From: a virus
Length of the DNA: 41,090 nt
Virus genome (UHGV): UHGV-0314758
Reading direction: 5' to 3' (one strand)
Of the stretch, positions 16,096 to 25,721 are shown piece after piece; positions within the stretch are counted from its first letter, which is position 1, and every line of letters begins with the position of its first letter. The position numbers and the translations under genes were made by a program. The notes beneath the pieces were generated by a model that searched no databases, was not told the origin of the DNA, and saw only the letters and a list, made by a program, of their open reading frames with translations.

Positions 16096-16785
16096 ATGAC
16101 TTTGTTTGAACGTTTGTTACACCGCCGTCTTTGCAATGAGCAGCCCGCTGATGGCGGCGCAGCACCGGCGGCATCTGAACCATCTGCACCAGGCACAGGT
16201 GCTTCCCCTCAGGGCGATCAGTCTGCACAACAGGATGGTGAAAACCCTTCCGTTGATGGTGAAGGCCAGCAAGAAAAGACTGAAAACCAGGACGGAGAGC
16301 AGCAAAAAACTGAGAAAGAGCAGAAGCAGGAAGGCGCGCCGGAGAAATACGAATTCCAGGCAGGTGAAGGCGTCGAGCTGGACGCTGAAGCACTGAAGGA
16401 CTTCGAGCCGGTTGCCCGTGAACTGAACCTGACCAATGAGCAGGCGCAGAAGCTGGTGGATGCATACCCGAAAATTCTGGCCGGTGTGCAGCAGCGTCAG
16501 GCAGATGCATGGCAGGCGCAAACTGAAGAGTGGGCAGCAACTGTGAAGGCCGATAAAGAAATCGGTGGCGACAAGTTGACGGCCAACCTCGGCGTTGCTC
16601 AGCGCGCCCTGGACACCTTCGGCACTCCGGCGCTGAAAGAGTATCTGAACGGCACAGGGCTGGGCAATCACCCGGAGCTGGTGAAGGCGTTCGTCAAAGT
16701 AGGAAAGGCCATGTCAGAAGATGGCGTGGTGACAGGAAAAGAAAGCGGTCAGCGTAGTGCGGCCGAAGTGCTTTATGGCAAATAA
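16096..16785 (+). CDS. scaffolding-like protein
   Basis: 229 aa, acidic and Gln/Glu-rich with predicted coiled coils. Sits immediately before the major capsid gene. Confidence 0.5.
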   Translation: MTLFERLLHRRLCNEQPADGGAAPAASEPSAPGTGASPQGDQSAQQDGENPSVDGEGQQEKTENQDGEQQKTEKEQKQEGAPEKYEFQAGEGVELDAEALKDFEPVARELNLTNEQAQKLVDAYPKILAGVQQRQADAWQAQTEEWAATVKADKEIGGDKLTANLGVAQRALDTFGTPALKEYLNGTGLGNHPELVKAFVKVGKAMSEDGVVTGKESGQRSAAEVLYGK

Positions 16786-16799
16786 GAGAGGATATAACC

Positions 16800-17786
16800 A
16801 TGGCTGTTAAAGGCATTACTGCGCTGACGCTGGCAGACTGGGGTAAGCGCATCGACCCGAACGGGAAAGTCGATAAAATTATCGAACTCCTTTCCCAAAC
16901 CAACCCGATCCTGCAGGACATGCTGATCGTTGAAGGCAACCTGCCGACCGGTCATCGTACGACCATTCGCTCTGGCCTGCCGTCGGCGACCTGGCGTCTG
17001 CTCAACTACGGCGTCCAGCCGAGCAAATCGACCACTGTGCAGGTTACCGATGGCATTGGCATGCTGGAAACCTATGCGGAGATTGATAAATCTCTGGCAG
17101 ATCTGAACGGAAATACCGCTGAATTTCGGCTGTCAGAAGATCGCGCTTTCCTCGAGGCGATGAATCAGCAGATGGCTCAAACGCTTTTTTATGGCGACTC
17201 CAGCGTTAACCCGCAGCAGTTCATGGGCCTGTCTTCTCGCTACTCCGACCTGACGGCTACCAACGCGCAAAACATTATCGACGCCGGCGGTACTGGCACC
17301 GATAACACTTCAATCTGGCTCATTGTATGGGGCGAAAACACCGTTCACGGTATCTTCCCGAAAGGCCAGAAAGCAGGTCTGCAGATGGAAGATAAAGGCC
17401 AGCAGACTCTGAAAGATGCCAGCGGCGGCCAGTATGAAGGCTACCGCACCCACTATAAGTGGGATAACGGCCTGTGCCTGCGCGACTGGCGCTACGTTGT
17501 CCGCATCGCGAACATCGATATCAGCGACCTGTCCGATCCTGCTGCGGCAGCAAACATCGCCAAGCTCATGGTGAAAGCGCTGCATCGCATCCCTAACCGT
17601 GGCATGGGGCGCCCGGTGTTCTACATGAACCGCACTGTTGCCCAGGCTCTTGATCTGCAATCTCTGGAGAAATCCTCTCTGGCGATTAGCGTCAAAGAGA
17701 CTGAAGGCGATTGGTGGACCAGTTTCCGCGGCGTTCCGATTCGCGAAACCGATGCGCTTCTGGAAACTGAAGCTCGCGTGGTTTAA
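16800..17786 (+). CDS. major capsid protein
   Basis: 328 aa with a strong RBS. Its position and size fit an epsilon15-like MCP. A stem-loop follows at 17797-17822. Confidence 0.65.
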   Translation: MAVKGITALTLADWGKRIDPNGKVDKIIELLSQTNPILQDMLIVEGNLPTGHRTTIRSGLPSATWRLLNYGVQPSKSTTVQVTDGIGMLETYAEIDKSLADLNGNTAEFRLSEDRAFLEAMNQQMAQTLFYGDSSVNPQQFMGLSSRYSDLTATNAQNIIDAGGTGTDNTSIWLIVWGENTVHGIFPKGQKAGLQMEDKGQQTLKDASGGQYEGYRTHYKWDNGLCLRDWRYVVRIANIDISDLSDPAAAANIAKLMVKALHRIPNRGMGRPVFYMNRTVAQALDLQSLEKSSLAISVKETEGDWWTSFRGVPIRETDALLETEARVV

Positions 17787-17839
17787 CCCCTGACTATAAC
17801 CAGCGGCCCGGTAACGGGCTGCTAAATGGAGAAATGAAG

Positions 17840-18277
17840 ATGATCCTCGACAAACTGTTGATGTTCTCCGAAGCGCAGGCGGTTACGGCTACTGCTGCTT
17901 CTACCGATGTGATTGACCTGGCGCCTGTCGACGGCACCCGCCGTGATATCGGCGTTGGTTATCCGCTGGAGTTCTGGGCTCTCGTTAACACCACGGCTAC
18001 CGCTGCTGGCGCCGCTACCGTCAACGTGCAGTTGCAGACCAGTCCTGACAACAGCACCTGGACGACCATTTATGACAGCGGCCCCCTGGCTCTGGCAGCG
18101 CTTAAAGCTGGTAAGCGCGTTGTGTCGGCGAAGGTACCGGCGGGCGTTCAGCGCTATCTGCGTGTGAACTACTCCGTAGCCACCGGCCCGCTGACTGCTG
18201 GCGCGTTCACCTCCGGTATCAACCTGGACGTTGATGCGAATACCCTGTACCCGACCCGCTCTAAAGTGACCGGCTAA
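17840..18277 (+). CDS. hypothetical virion protein (possible capsid decoration/staple)
   Basis: Could also start at ATG 17834, but the GGAG spacing favours 17840. The product is Ala/Thr-rich. Confidence 0.45.
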   Translation: MILDKLLMFSEAQAVTATAASTDVIDLAPVDGTRRDIGVGYPLEFWALVNTTATAAGAATVNVQLQTSPDNSTWTTIYDSGPLALAALKAGKRVVSAKVPAGVQRYLRVNYSVATGPLTAGAFTSGINLDVDANTLYPTRSKVTG

Positions 18278-18287
18278 GGAGATATCG

Positions 18288-18629
18288 ATGTCAGCTGAAA
18301 AAGCAAAATACCGCGTGCTGCGTCTGTCCCATATCCATAACAACCTCTGGCCGGAGGGTTCAGAGATTGAGTATGACGGGGTGCCTGGCTCGGCGCTGGA
18401 GCCGCTGAACGAAGCGGCGAAGGAAGCAAAGGCGAAGGCAACGCAAAAGGTTGTGGCTCCTGCTGTTGTTAAACCTGAGCCGCTGAACGAAGGCGGTGGT
18501 GGCGATGACGAGCTGGATAAGCTCCGCGAAGAGTACGAGTTGCTCTTTAACGAGAAGCCGCATCACAACACCAAAGCCGAAACGCTGCGCGAGAAGATCG
18601 ACGAAAAGCGAAAAGATTTAGGCGTCTGA
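18288..18629 (+). CDS. hypothetical virion protein
   Basis: 113 aa with a GGAG RBS. Followed by a terminator. Confidence 0.5.
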   Translation: MSAEKAKYRVLRLSHIHNNLWPEGSEIEYDGVPGSALEPLNEAAKEAKAKATQKVVAPAVVKPEPLNEGGGGDDELDKLREEYELLFNEKPHHNTKAETLREKIDEKRKDLGV

Positions 18630-18644
18630 GCCTCAGAATAAACC

Positions 18645-18667
18645 AGGGGGCTTCGGCCCCTTTCTTG
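18645..18667 (+). terminator. rho-independent terminator (UUCG tetraloop)
   Basis: GGGGC-TTCG-GCCCC followed by TTTCTTG. Confidence 0.6.
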
Positions 18668-18679
18668 TAGGAGCGTTCT

Positions 18680-19003
18680 ATGGAAATGGTCAATCTCAAA
18701 ACCGGCACCGACAGCTACCAGGATGAAAGCGGCCAGACCAAAACCCGCGACGAATATCCGTGGGGGCTGTGCATCACGCTGAACAATGACACCCTGAACA
18801 AGCTGAAAGCGCAGCCACAGAATGTAGGCACTGAGGTGATGATCACCGCAAAAGCAGTGATTAAGGGTATTTCGGCGCGTGAAGGCGACGATGGCACTTT
18901 CCGCAGCGCGGATCTGCAAATCACCGATATGGCGCTGGCACCTGTTTCAGGTGAGGCACCGAAGACGGCGGCGCAGACGCTTTACGGTGAAGGGGGCGAG
19001 TAA
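18680..19003 (+). CDS. hypothetical virion protein
   Basis: 107 aa with an AGGAG RBS. Confidence 0.5.
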   Translation: MEMVNLKTGTDSYQDESGQTKTRDEYPWGLCITLNNDTLNKLKAQPQNVGTEVMITAKAVIKGISAREGDDGTFRSADLQITDMALAPVSGEAPKTAAQTLYGEGGE

Positions 19004-19608
19004 TGGCCTCTGTCATTGAGATCTGCAACCGGGCGCTGAGCAACATCGGTAATAACCGGAGCATCAACAGCCTGGAGGAAGCCAGCAAAGAAGCCGGGCA
19101 ATGCTCCCTGTATTACGAGTCGATTCGTGATGCTGTCCTGGCCGATTTTGACTGGAATTTTGCGACCAAGAATATCGCGCTGGCTGACACCAATAACCCG
19201 CCGCAGGACTGGGATTATGCGTATACCTATCCCACTGACTGCCTCCGTATTATTGAGATCCCGCTGCCTGGCGTACGGTATCCGACGGCTGCTATGCGCG
19301 TGCAGTACGTGGTCGGCGCGGACAGCGCCGGCACGGGGCGCCTGATTTACACCGATCTGCCGCAGGCCTGGCTTCGGTATGTTGCCCGCATCACCGACGT
19401 GAACATGTTCGATTCCATCTTCCAGGAGGCTCTATCCTGGCGCCTGGCCGCGGCTATTAACATGGTTCTCACGGGTAATGCCGACCTTGGCAATAATGCC
19501 CTGAGCATGTATAGCCGGATCATCCTCAGCGCTGGCTCTCACAGCATGAACGAATCGCAGGAACCGCAAATGCCTGACGATCCGTTTACCGTAGCGAGGA
19601 TGTGCTGA
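19003..19608 (+). CDS. hypothetical tail/adaptor protein
   Basis: 201 aa, coupled to its neighbours. Confidence 0.5.
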   Translation: MASVIEICNRALSNIGNNRSINSLEEASKEAGQCSLYYESIRDAVLADFDWNFATKNIALADTNNPPQDWDYAYTYPTDCLRIIEIPLPGVRYPTAAMRVQYVVGADSAGTGRLIYTDLPQAWLRYVARITDVNMFDSIFQEALSWRLAAAINMVLTGNADLGNNALSMYSRIILSAGSHSMNESQEPQMPDDPFTVARMC

Positions 19609-22085
19609 TGGCTGTTAGCTGGATACAACCGAGCTTCTCAGGTGGAGAAATTGCTCCATCGCTCTATGGCCGCATCGATATGGCCAAGTACCAGGTGGCG
19701 CTGCGCAAGTGCGATAACTTTATCGTGCGGCAGTATGGCGGGGTAGAGAACCGCCCGGGCACGCAGTTCATCGCCGCGGCGAAATACCCGGATCGCAAAT
19801 GCCGCCTTATCCCTTTCCAGTTTTCGACGGTGCAGACCTATGCGCTGGAGTTTGGCCACAATTACATGCGCGTCATCAAAGACGGCGGCCTGGTGCTGAC
19901 CACCGGCAATGTAATCTACGAGCTGGCGACACCTTATACAGAAAATGATGTTTTCGGCCTGAAATTCACCCAAAGCGCCGATGTGATGACGATCGTGCAC
20001 CCGTCCTATCCGCCTAAAGAATTGCGCCGGTATGCGCATGACAACTGGCAGATCGTCGATGTGCAGACAACTAACGGCCCGTTTGAAGATATCAATGTCG
20101 ACGAGTCCAAAACTGTCTGGGCCAGCGCCACTACTGGCACAATCACTCTGACCTCGAGCTCTGCAATATTCGGCGCCGAGCAGGTCGGAAAGCTGTTCTA
20201 CCTCGAGCAGCCAGCCGTTGACTCTGTACCAGTATGGGAAACCAGCAAGAGCACATCGATCGAGGATATCCGGCGCGCCGACAGCAACTACTATCGCGCC
20301 AATACCGAAGGAAAAACCGGGACGTTACGCCCATCACACACCGAAGGTATGGCGTGGGATGGCTGGGGCGGAACCGGCGATGATGATACAGGCGTGCAGT
20401 GGGAATACCTGCATAGTGGTTTTGGCATTGTGCGGATCACTGCCGTCGCCGGTGACGGCCTGACTGCAACCGCTGATGTGGTTTCTCGTATCCCTGAGAA
20501 CGTTGTCGGGGCTGACAAGGCCAGCTACAAGTGGGCACGCTATGCGTGGAACAGCGTCAATGGCTATCCGGCGACGGTCGTCTACTACCAGCAGAGGCTG
20601 TACTTCGCTGCATCCCCTGCCTATCCGCAAACCATCTGGGCCAGCCGTACCGGTGACTATAAAGACTTCGGCAAGAGTAACCCGACGCAGGACGATGACA
20701 GGATCGTTTATACCTACGCTGGCCGGCAGGTTAACGAAATTCGCCACCTTATCGATGTTGGATCGCTGGTTGTTCTGACCTCCGGCGGTGAGTTTGTTGT
20801 GACCGGTGACCAGAATAAAGTGCTTACGCCTTCTGCATTCTCCCTGAGTTCTCAGGGCTCAAACGGCTGCAGCGATGTCCCACCTATCGCAGTTTCGAAT
20901 ATCGCGCTCTTTATCCAGGAGAAGGGCAGCGTCGTGCGGGATCTGGCCTACTCGTTTGATGTGGATGGATTCCAGGGCAACGACCTGACAATCCTTGCTA
21001 ATCACCTTTTCCAGAAGCGCAGCATTGTCGACTGGGCGTTTTGTATTGTCCCGTTCTCCAGCGCGTTCTGCGTGCGTGATGATGGAAAATTGCTGGTGCT
21101 GACCTATCTGCGCGATCAGCAGGTTTTCGCCTGGTCTCCGCAATCCAGCGCCGGGAAATATGAGAGCACTTGCGGTATCAGTGAAGGCAGCGAGGATGCG
21201 ATCTATTTCGTGGTTAACCGCACTATCAACGGCCAGACGAAACGCTATATCGAGAGGCTGGCAAGCCGCCAGTTCACCGATGACCTTGACGCTTTCTTTG
21301 TCGACAGCGGACTGACCTATGACGGACGCAACACCGGCAGCCGGGCGGCGACTATAACCGGTGGAAGCGGGGACTGGAGTTATCAGGTGCCGTATACCCT
21401 GACGATGAGCGGGGCCAGCTATTTTACCGCAGGAGACGTCGGCGCACAGATCCAGTTCCCCTACACAGGAACCGATCCTGAAGATGGTAGCGCCGTTGCC
21501 ATGCAGCTGCGCTGCGACATTATTTCGGTTGAAAGCGGCAACTCGGTAACCGTCACAGCCAACCGGAATATTCCTCCTGCCCTGCGCAATACCGCCACCA
21601 CTAACTGGTACATGGCCCGCCAGACATTCGCCGGACTCGATCACCTCGAAGGACAGACCGTGAATGTACTGTCTGACGCCAGCGTAGAGCCGCAGAAAGT
21701 CGTCACCGGCGGCGCCGTTACGCTGGAGAAACCCGGCGCCGTGGTCCACATCGGACTGCCGATTAACGCCCAGTTTGAAACCCTGGACATCAATATTAAC
21801 GGGCAGGAGACGCTGCTCGATAAGAAACAGCTGATCAATACCGTGACACTAGTGGTCAACGCCAGCCGCGGCATCTGGGCATCAACTCCAGGCGGCCAAT
21901 GGTACGAATACCCTCAGCGCGAGTTTGAGTTTTACGACGATCCTGTTGATGACGCCACAGGCAAAGTAGAGGTCAAGCTCGACAGCAACTGGGATAAAAA
22001 TGGGCGGGTAAAAATCCGTCAGACTGACCCGCTGCCGCTTTCTGTGCTGGCGGTGATCCCCCGCATCACCGTGGGAGGTTTTTAA
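19608..22085 (+). CDS. large tail hub/tube protein
   Basis: ATG 19608 overlapping the previous stop as TGATG, with a GAGGA RBS. About 825 aa and beta-rich. Confidence 0.55.
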   Translation: MAVSWIQPSFSGGEIAPSLYGRIDMAKYQVALRKCDNFIVRQYGGVENRPGTQFIAAAKYPDRKCRLIPFQFSTVQTYALEFGHNYMRVIKDGGLVLTTGNVIYELATPYTENDVFGLKFTQSADVMTIVHPSYPPKELRRYAHDNWQIVDVQTTNGPFEDINVDESKTVWASATTGTITLTSSSAIFGAEQVGKLFYLEQPAVDSVPVWETSKSTSIEDIRRADSNYYRANTEGKTGTLRPSHTEGMAWDGWGGTGDDDTGVQWEYLHSGFGIVRITAVAGDGLTATADVVSRIPENVVGADKASYKWARYAWNSVNGYPATVVYYQQRLYFAASPAYPQTIWASRTGDYKDFGKSNPTQDDDRIVYTYAGRQVNEIRHLIDVGSLVVLTSGGEFVVTGDQNKVLTPSAFSLSSQGSNGCSDVPPIAVSNIALFIQEKGSVVRDLAYSFDVDGFQGNDLTILANHLFQKRSIVDWAFCIVPFSSAFCVRDDGKLLVLTYLRDQQVFAWSPQSSAGKYESTCGISEGSEDAIYFVVNRTINGQTKRYIERLASRQFTDDLDAFFVDSGLTYDGRNTGSRAATITGGSGDWSYQVPYTLTMSGASYFTAGDVGAQIQFPYTGTDPEDGSAVAMQLRCDIISVESGNSVTVTANRNIPPALRNTATTNWYMARQTFAGLDHLEGQTVNVLSDASVEPQKVVTGGAVTLEKPGAVVHIGLPINAQFETLDININGQETLLDKKQLINTVTLVVNASRGIWASTPGGQWYEYPQREFEFYDDPVDDATGKVEVKLDSNWDKNGRVKIRQTDPLPLSVLAVIPRITVGGF

Positions 22086-22549
22086 TGATTAACGCTCAGA
22101 TAGTCCCTGCCACCGCAGAGCACATCGCTGAAATTATCCCCCGCGTGCGCCTGGCAGACATCGAAGAGTTTGCCGCCACGAATGGCTGGAGTGCTTCCCG
22201 TGTTCTGGAATGTGGCCTTCGCACATCAACCTTCTGCTGTGCCGGTTTGATAAACGGCCGCGTTGTCACCGTCTTTGGCGTGGCGCCCGCTTCAATGATT
22301 GGCGGCAGCGGGATCCCCTGGCTTGTCGGCACGGATGATCTGGAGCGCTATCAGCGCACATTTCTGCGCCGCTGCCGGAAGGTGGTTGCTGCAATGCTGT
22401 CTGTCTATCCGTATCTCGAAAATTATGTCGATGCCCGTAACCACGTCGCAAAAGCGTGGCTGCACTGGCTCGGTTTTACCCTGGAAGACCCGGCGCCGTA
22501 TGGTGTGCTCGGCCTGCCGTTCCACCGCTTTTACATGGAGAAAAACTGA
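22085..22549 (+). CDS. hypothetical virion protein
   Basis: 154 aa with a GGGAGG RBS. Confidence 0.5.
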   Translation: MINAQIVPATAEHIAEIIPRVRLADIEEFAATNGWSASRVLECGLRTSTFCCAGLINGRVVTVFGVAPASMIGGSGIPWLVGTDDLERYQRTFLRRCRKVVAAMLSVYPYLENYVDARNHVAKAWLHWLGFTLEDPAPYGVLGLPFHRFYMEKN

Positions 22550-23088
22550 TGTGTGATCCGACTATCGCCGCGGGCGCGACTTTAGCGCTCAGCGGCCTGT
22601 CTGCATATAACCAGTATCAGCAGGGTAAATATACTGCCGCGGTTGCTCAGCAGAATGCTGATGTCGCAACTGCCCAGGCTAATGACGCCATAAATCGCGG
22701 TAACGCGGAGGCTGATCAGCGTCGTCGTGAGACCAGGCAGCGGCAGGGCACGCAGGCGGCAATAATGGGCGCAACTGGTGCTGATATGAGCTCAGGATCT
22801 GCGCTGGATATATTCGGGGATACGGCGCAGTTTGGCGCACTGGATGCTCTGACGACCGTCAATAATGCTCAGCGAGAAGCATACGGATATCAGACGCAGG
22901 CGGCTAACTATGAAGCGCAGGCCAGCGCGGCTAAAAGCTCAGGAACTATCGGCGCGGCGACAACGCTGCTTACTTCGCCACTGAATGCCTATGGTGCATA
23001 CCATATGTTTGGCGGGACATGGAATCCTTTCACTCAGAGTGAACCCGCTCCAATCTCAGCCGCTGTCGGCACCAAAACCGGTAGATAA
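22549..23088 (+). CDS. hypothetical Ala/Gln-rich internal virion protein
   Basis: ATG 22549 (MCDPTIAAG...), overlapping the previous stop. Confidence 0.5.
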   Translation: MCDPTIAAGATLALSGLSAYNQYQQGKYTAAVAQQNADVATAQANDAINRGNAEADQRRRETRQRQGTQAAIMGATGADMSSGSALDIFGDTAQFGALDALTTVNNAQREAYGYQTQAANYEAQASAAKSSGTIGAATTLLTSPLNAYGAYHMFGGTWNPFTQSEPAPISAAVGTKTGR

Positions 23089-23098
23089 GGAGAAAACT

Positions 23099-25720
23099 AT
23101 GCCAGTAGTACCAACCGTAACCGGTCGTCAGGTTGAAAGCCGCGGCGTGCAGACCGGAGGTTTTCAGGCCGTCGCTCAGCCAAATATCAGCGATGCGCTG
23201 GGCGCCGCTGGCACCCAGGCGCTTGATGTGTTCGGACAGGCAAAGCAGCAAGCTGACCTTGCTCTAACCCAAGATGCGACTCAAAGGCTTTATGCTGCTG
23301 GAAGTGGATTGATGGATGATCCCAAAGAAGGTTTAATGACTCTCCAGGGGAAAAATGCTATTGGTCAGGCTCCTGGGTATATCCAGAAATTTGATAACGA
23401 GATACAAACTATTGCTGGCACGCTACCTGAGTCCGCACGAAATGTGTTCTTAAAGCAGGCTCAGCAGCAGCGAATGCAATTTGCCACTCAAGCAGAGCGG
23501 CATGAATTAGGACAACGCAGGCAGTATGAGTCCGGTCAGCAAGACGGTTATTTATCCTTGCAAGCTCAGCAAGCTATATCTAATCCACAGTTGTTCAACC
23601 AATCAGCTTTGAATGCCAGAGCCTCAATTATGGCTTATGGACGAGCTCATGGACAAAGCCCTGAAGAGATCGAGGCAAACTGGGTTCAATGGCGTGAGCA
23701 AGCAGGAAAGCAGGCAACTGACGCTATCTATACTGCCCTGTACCAGAGAAAAATGGGGCCGGATGGCAGAATTGAAGTCACTAATACCGCATCAGAAGGC
23801 CAATTATTTTCTGCGATGATCTGGCATGAAAGTGGCGGAAATCAGTTCAGCAAAGACGGCGCACCGCTGGTATCTCCGAAGGGGGCTGCTGGCGTAGCGC
23901 AGGTCATGGAAGATACCGGGCCGGAGGCTGCGCGGCTTGCTGGCGTCGAGTGGGATCGTGATAAATGGCTGAATGACCCACGCTATAACGCAACGCTTGG
24001 CCAGGCCTACTTCGGCGCACAAATGAAGAAGTATGACAATAACCCGGTTCTGGCGGTGGCGGCGTATAACGCTGGGCCTGGTGCAGTAGATGGATGGATC
24101 AAAAAGTTTGGCGATCCGCGCACTGGTGCTATCAGTAATGAGCAGTTCGCTGCTGCGATCCCATACGATGAAACCCGAAACTATGTGGCGAAAGTCACTG
24201 GCAGCGCTGTAGGTATTCCGCAGGATGCAACAATGGAGAGTTTAATGTCGCTTCCATCATGGAACGCCATGAATCCTTCAAATAAATCAGCAATGTTAAG
24301 TAAGTGGGCTGGTCTCTATGATATGCAGGCCGCAGCAGGTCGCGTTTCATTGCAGAGTCGTATGCAGGATGACATGGCGAAACTGGAGGCAGGGAAAGAA
24401 GTAACCCCCATCACTGAACATGAATGGGCTGCGGTTATGCCGTTGCAGGCCAGCCCGGCGGAACGCATTCAGATGCGCGAGACCTTCCAGCAGTACCAGC
24501 AGGCGATGACGCTACAACCTGTTTATCAAACTATCATGCAGGGTTCCGCACAGCAGGGTATCGCAGCGGTCCAGTCGATGGTGCCACAGGAAGATGATCC
24601 GGACTTCAAATTTAAGCAGAGCCTTTATGCGACTGCGCAGGCCAAACTGAATCAGGTGATGAAGGCGCGGGAGTCTGATCCTGGTGCGTGGTTGCAAACC
24701 AACTCTCCGGTGGTCAAAAACGCCTTTGAGCAGTACCAGAATAATCAGGCGTCAGGTGAATATCTGGTTTCCCGCCTGCAAGCTGAGAAAGACCGCCTGG
24801 GTATCAACAGCAAGAAGGTCCTGCCTGACTCCATGGTCAATAGCCTGATTTCTAAGATCGACAACAATAAGGAATCAAGCGTTACCGCCATTCAGTCGGT
24901 GGCGCAGTCATTCGGTAAATACTCTGATCAGGTTATGCAGCAGGTGCAGAAAAGCGCGTACCCGGCGTTGCAGGTCATAATGGCGACCAATAACCCGCGA
25001 GCCGCAAACGCCCTCTGGCAAAACCGCAGTGTTAAAACCTCTGACCTCCGCGGAAGTTTTGAGAAGACCGATGCCGACAGTGCAGATTCATCTTGGAATG
25101 ACCAGGCCAAAGACTTTGCCGGGACGATGGTTGTACAGCCTGGCGGGGCAGCCGTGTGGAACAATTTCAACGAGCAGGGTAAGCGCCTGACCTATATCTA
25201 TATGCAACGTGGCATGTCGTCTGGCGATGCTGCGAAAAAGGCCTATCAGGACGTTCTCGGCGAACAGTATCAGACCAGCGGAACATGGCGTATTCCGAAC
25301 ACTGCTGGGCAGGATATACGCGACGTGAGAGACGGCGCCAATGTGTACCTGAAAAACCTGTCGGCGGATCAAATCATGCCGCTTATCGGCGATTCACGCT
25401 TGCCCGATGAGGTTAACCGCGAGCAGAGCATTTCCCGCATCCGTGATAATGCGCAGTGGGTTACCAACAGTGACGAGACAGGGCTGACTCTGATGATGAA
25501 CGGCCTGCTGATCAACAATGCACAGGGGCAGCCGATAACAGTTCCGTTTGCTGACCTGGCTAAACTTGGCGCTGGCAACCGCACCCCATGGAACAGCCTG
25601 ACCAAATTCGTGCAGACTCCGGTTAAGTACACTCCTGGTCAGTCGAAGAATTACACGGCGGAAAGCCAACGCGACAACTTGATCAACATTATCAAGAACG
25701 GCCAGCAGGCGGGACGATAA
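23099..25720 (+). CDS. internal virion/ejection protein with lytic transglycosylase (SLT) domain
   Basis: 873 aa with an AAGGAG RBS. The region ...GAAGVAQVMEDTGPEAARLAGVEWDRDKWLNDPRYNATLGQAYFGAQMKKYDNNPVLAVAAYNAGPGAV... matches an SLT domain. Confidence 0.7.
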   Translation: MPVVPTVTGRQVESRGVQTGGFQAVAQPNISDALGAAGTQALDVFGQAKQQADLALTQDATQRLYAAGSGLMDDPKEGLMTLQGKNAIGQAPGYIQKFDNEIQTIAGTLPESARNVFLKQAQQQRMQFATQAERHELGQRRQYESGQQDGYLSLQAQQAISNPQLFNQSALNARASIMAYGRAHGQSPEEIEANWVQWREQAGKQATDAIYTALYQRKMGPDGRIEVTNTASEGQLFSAMIWHESGGNQFSKDGAPLVSPKGAAGVAQVMEDTGPEAARLAGVEWDRDKWLNDPRYNATLGQAYFGAQMKKYDNNPVLAVAAYNAGPGAVDGWIKKFGDPRTGAISNEQFAAAIPYDETRNYVAKVTGSAVGIPQDATMESLMSLPSWNAMNPSNKSAMLSKWAGLYDMQAAAGRVSLQSRMQDDMAKLEAGKEVTPITEHEWAAVMPLQASPAERIQMRETFQQYQQAMTLQPVYQTIMQGSAQQGIAAVQSMVPQEDDPDFKFKQSLYATAQAKLNQVMKARESDPGAWLQTNSPVVKNAFEQYQNNQASGEYLVSRLQAEKDRLGINSKKVLPDSMVNSLISKIDNNKESSVTAIQSVAQSFGKYSDQVMQQVQKSAYPALQVIMATNNPRAANALWQNRSVKTSDLRGSFEKTDADSADSSWNDQAKDFAGTMVVQPGGAAVWNNFNEQGKRLTYIYMQRGMSSGDAAKKAYQDVLGEQYQTSGTWRIPNTAGQDIRDVRDGANVYLKNLSADQIMPLIGDSRLPDEVNREQSISRIRDNAQWVTNSDETGLTLMMNGLLINNAQGQPITVPFADLAKLGAGNRTPWNSLTKFVQTPVKYTPGQSKNYTAESQRDNLINIIKNGQQAGR

Positions 25721-25721
25721 G

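Noticed and set aside
15524-16540. 338-aa minus-strand ORF antisense to the portal and scaffold genes, and similar long antisense ORFs at 20859..21749 and 28154..29032
   Set aside because: These are typical GC-rich antisense artefacts. They lie inside a tightly coupled plus-strand operon whose genes have good RBSs and recognisable products.
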